Below, one piece after another: positions 62,270-64,000 of a stretch of DNA of 64,000 nucleotides. A model generated the notes under the pieces. The model was not told where the DNA came from. It made no database searches and saw nothing but the letters and a program-made list of their open reading frames with translations. Where the stretch lies: NCBI GenBank assembly GCA_963662465.1, contig OY759599.1, forward strand, positions 3,168,001-3,232,000. Direction: 5' to 3'. How positions within the stretch are numbered: the first letter of the stretch is position 1; every line of letters starts with the position of its first letter. A program made the translations under genes and the position numbers. The stretch comes from Desulfatiglandales bacterium. Its GTDB lineage: Bacteria; Desulfobacterota; DSM-4660; Desulfatiglandales; Desulfatiglandaceae.

Positions 62270-63271
62270 ATGTTGATAGAACAAGCCAAAGAAGTACTCC
62301 AAATTGAAGCACAGAGCATACTGGGGCTCATGGAACAGATCGGACCTGCATTTGAAGAAGCCGTTTCGCTCATTCTCAAGGCCAAGGGAAGGGTGATCCT
62401 TACGGGCATGGGAAAATCGGGTCTTGTGGCCAGAAAAATTTCGGCAACCCTCAACAGCACCGGCACCACCTCTTTCTTTCTTCATCCGGCGGAAGCCATC
62501 CACGGGGATCTTGGCATGGCCACGCCGGACGACGTACTCCTGGCCATCTCCAACAGCGGGCATACGGCCGAAATCAATAAAATTTTACCCATACTAAAGG
62601 AAATGGACGTTAAAATAATTTCTTTTACGGGCGGGCTGGATTCGCCCATGGCCCATCACAGCGACGTGGTCATCGATGTGGGCGTGGAAAGAGAAGCCTG
62701 TCCCTTGGGCCTGGCGCCCACAGCAAGCACAACGGCAGCCCTTGCCATGGGCGATGCGCTGGCAGTGGTGCTGCTGAAAAGCCGTCACTTCAGCAAAAAA
62801 GATTTCAGGCGGTTCCATCCCGGGGGGAGTCTAGGGGAAAGGATGACGTTCAAAGTCAAGGATGTCATGGTCACCGACGACCATGTGCCCATGGTAATCT
62901 TAGGCACGGGCATTCCTCAGGCACTCATTGAAATCAACAACAAAAAAATGGGCGCCGCCCTGGTTGTAGACCGGGATCAAAGGCTTATGGGCATCATCAG
63001 CGACGGGGACTTGCGAAGAGCGCTGACCCGGGGGGATGACATTTACCGAAAAAAGGTTGAGGATATCATGAGTGCCACACCCAAAACAATCGGTGAAAGC
63101 GAAACCTCGGCGGAAGCACTCGCATTGATGGAACTACACTCCATCACCCACCTCATTATTGTGGACGATCATCAAAAGGTCAAAGGGATGGTTCATCTTC
63201 ATGACCTGTTAGGAAGGGAGGGATTCAAAGTCAATGGAAAATTGCAGAGCGCCAAGGGGGCTCATCGTTGA
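62270..63271 (+). CDS. kdsD: arabinose-5-phosphate isomerase (KpsF/GutQ family)
   Basis: GMGKSG, HPAEAIHGDLG, EACPLGLAPTAST, FHPGGSLG, CBS pair. Confidence 0.95.
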   Translation: MLIEQAKEVLQIEAQSILGLMEQIGPAFEEAVSLILKAKGRVILTGMGKSGLVARKISATLNSTGTTSFFLHPAEAIHGDLGMATPDDVLLAISNSGHTAEINKILPILKEMDVKIISFTGGLDSPMAHHSDVVIDVGVEREACPLGLAPTASTTAALAMGDALAVVLLKSRHFSKKDFRRFHPGGSLGERMTFKVKDVMVTDDHVPMVILGTGIPQALIEINNKKMGAALVVDRDQRLMGIISDGDLRRALTRGDDIYRKKVEDIMSATPKTIGESETSAEALALMELHSITHLIIVDDHQKVKGMVHLHDLLGREGFKVNGKLQSAKGAHR

Positions 63272-64000
63272 TCTCATAACCCCCCTTAAAAACGATGGCG
63301 CCATTGACGAGACAGGGCTGGAAAGGCTGATCGAGCGTGTGGCGCCGCATGCACAGGCCATACTTCTGGCTGGCCCCCGGCATGGTGAAGGCGAGGGCCT
63401 GGGAACGGACCTTCGGCATGAATTACTGATGAAAGCCATGGCTGCCATGGCCGACCGTCCCATATCACTGTTCATGTGGATCACCGGGAATACGGAAACG
63501 GAAACCAGGGAAAACATCCTGGCGTTGCAGAAAAGATTAGGGAACCATCGCCCAAAGGACGGCCTTTTCTGGGTGGATACGCCCCTGGCCTATCACAGCA
63601 ATCGCGGACTGCCCGATTTTTATCGCGAGCTGGAGACCATGGTAAAATATCCGCTGGTTCTCCACAACGACCCGGACTGTATTCACCCCTCCAGGCCTTT
63701 CAAGCGGCGCAATATCAGAACGGCGGTTTTAAAAGAACTGGTCCGGATTGAAGGGATCGTGGGCCTTATCTTTTCAGGGTCACTGGAAAGAGCCCATCAT
63801 TACCAGAAGGCCTGTCGGAAAAGGCCGCATTTCAGGCTCTACGATGGCGATGAAACCCGTTTTCTGGGGCACCCCAGCATGGGCGGCGTAACTTCCGTAG
63901 GTGCGAATCTGGCGCCCGGCGCCTGGGGGAAAATCACCCGGTCATCGCTTCAGCTGCATGCCCACCGGGAGAATTACCCCGACCGACTTCAGCAAATATG
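63234..64000 (+). CDS. dihydrodipicolinate synthase-family protein with degenerate active site (runs off the window)
   Basis: my translation: MENCRAPRGLIVDLITPLKNDGAIDETGL...HGEG...PLVLHNDP...GIVGLIFSG...YDGDE; absent from the ORF track because it has no stop in the window. Confidence 0.75.
   Translation, partial: MENCRAPRGLIVDLITPLKNDGAIDETGLERLIERVAPHAQAILLAGPRHGEGEGLGTDLRHELLMKAMAAMADRPISLFMWITGNTETETRENILALQKRLGNHRPKDGLFWVDTPLAYHSNRGLPDFYRELETMVKYPLVLHNDPDCIHPSRPFKRRNIRTAVLKELVRIEGIVGLIFSGSLERAHHYQKACRKRPHFRLYDGDETRFLGHPSMGGVTSVGANLAPGAWGKITRSSLQLHAHRENYPDRLQQI

Overview
The gene content suggests an anaerobic deltaproteobacterial (Desulfobacterota-like) chromosome; this is inferred, not shown. 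The flanks (1-30.4 kb and 54.9-64 kb) carry many two-component kinases, a sigma54-driven HAS/NodC-like GT2, ion transporters, a Mo/W-bisPGD oxidoreductase operon ending in a signal-peptide-bearing UbiD-family gene, a DAC-domain protein, a Rad50-like ATPase, glpABC, tonB-exbD-exbB and kdsD. The centre (~30.35-54.93 kb) is a ~24.5-kb accessory island bounded by a 140-bp direct repeat of the 3' end of a K+ channel gene. It holds an inactivated integron integrase, a putative attI and about 10 attC sites whose core sites pair cassette by cassette. The cassettes are rich in defence genes (Mrr, SIR2-STAND-TPR, type IIG R-M, T5orf172-HNH remnant, a toxin/immunity-like pair, HipA remnant). Mobile elements are nested in the array: an IS91-family transposase packaged as a cassette; a group II intron inserted in an attC core site, whose RT gene is split at the PQGG motif by a 321-bp gene-less element with tyrosine-recombinase (RIT-like) site architecture; and an ORF-less group IIC-attC intron remnant in another attC. 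No rRNA, tRNA or CRISPR array was seen.
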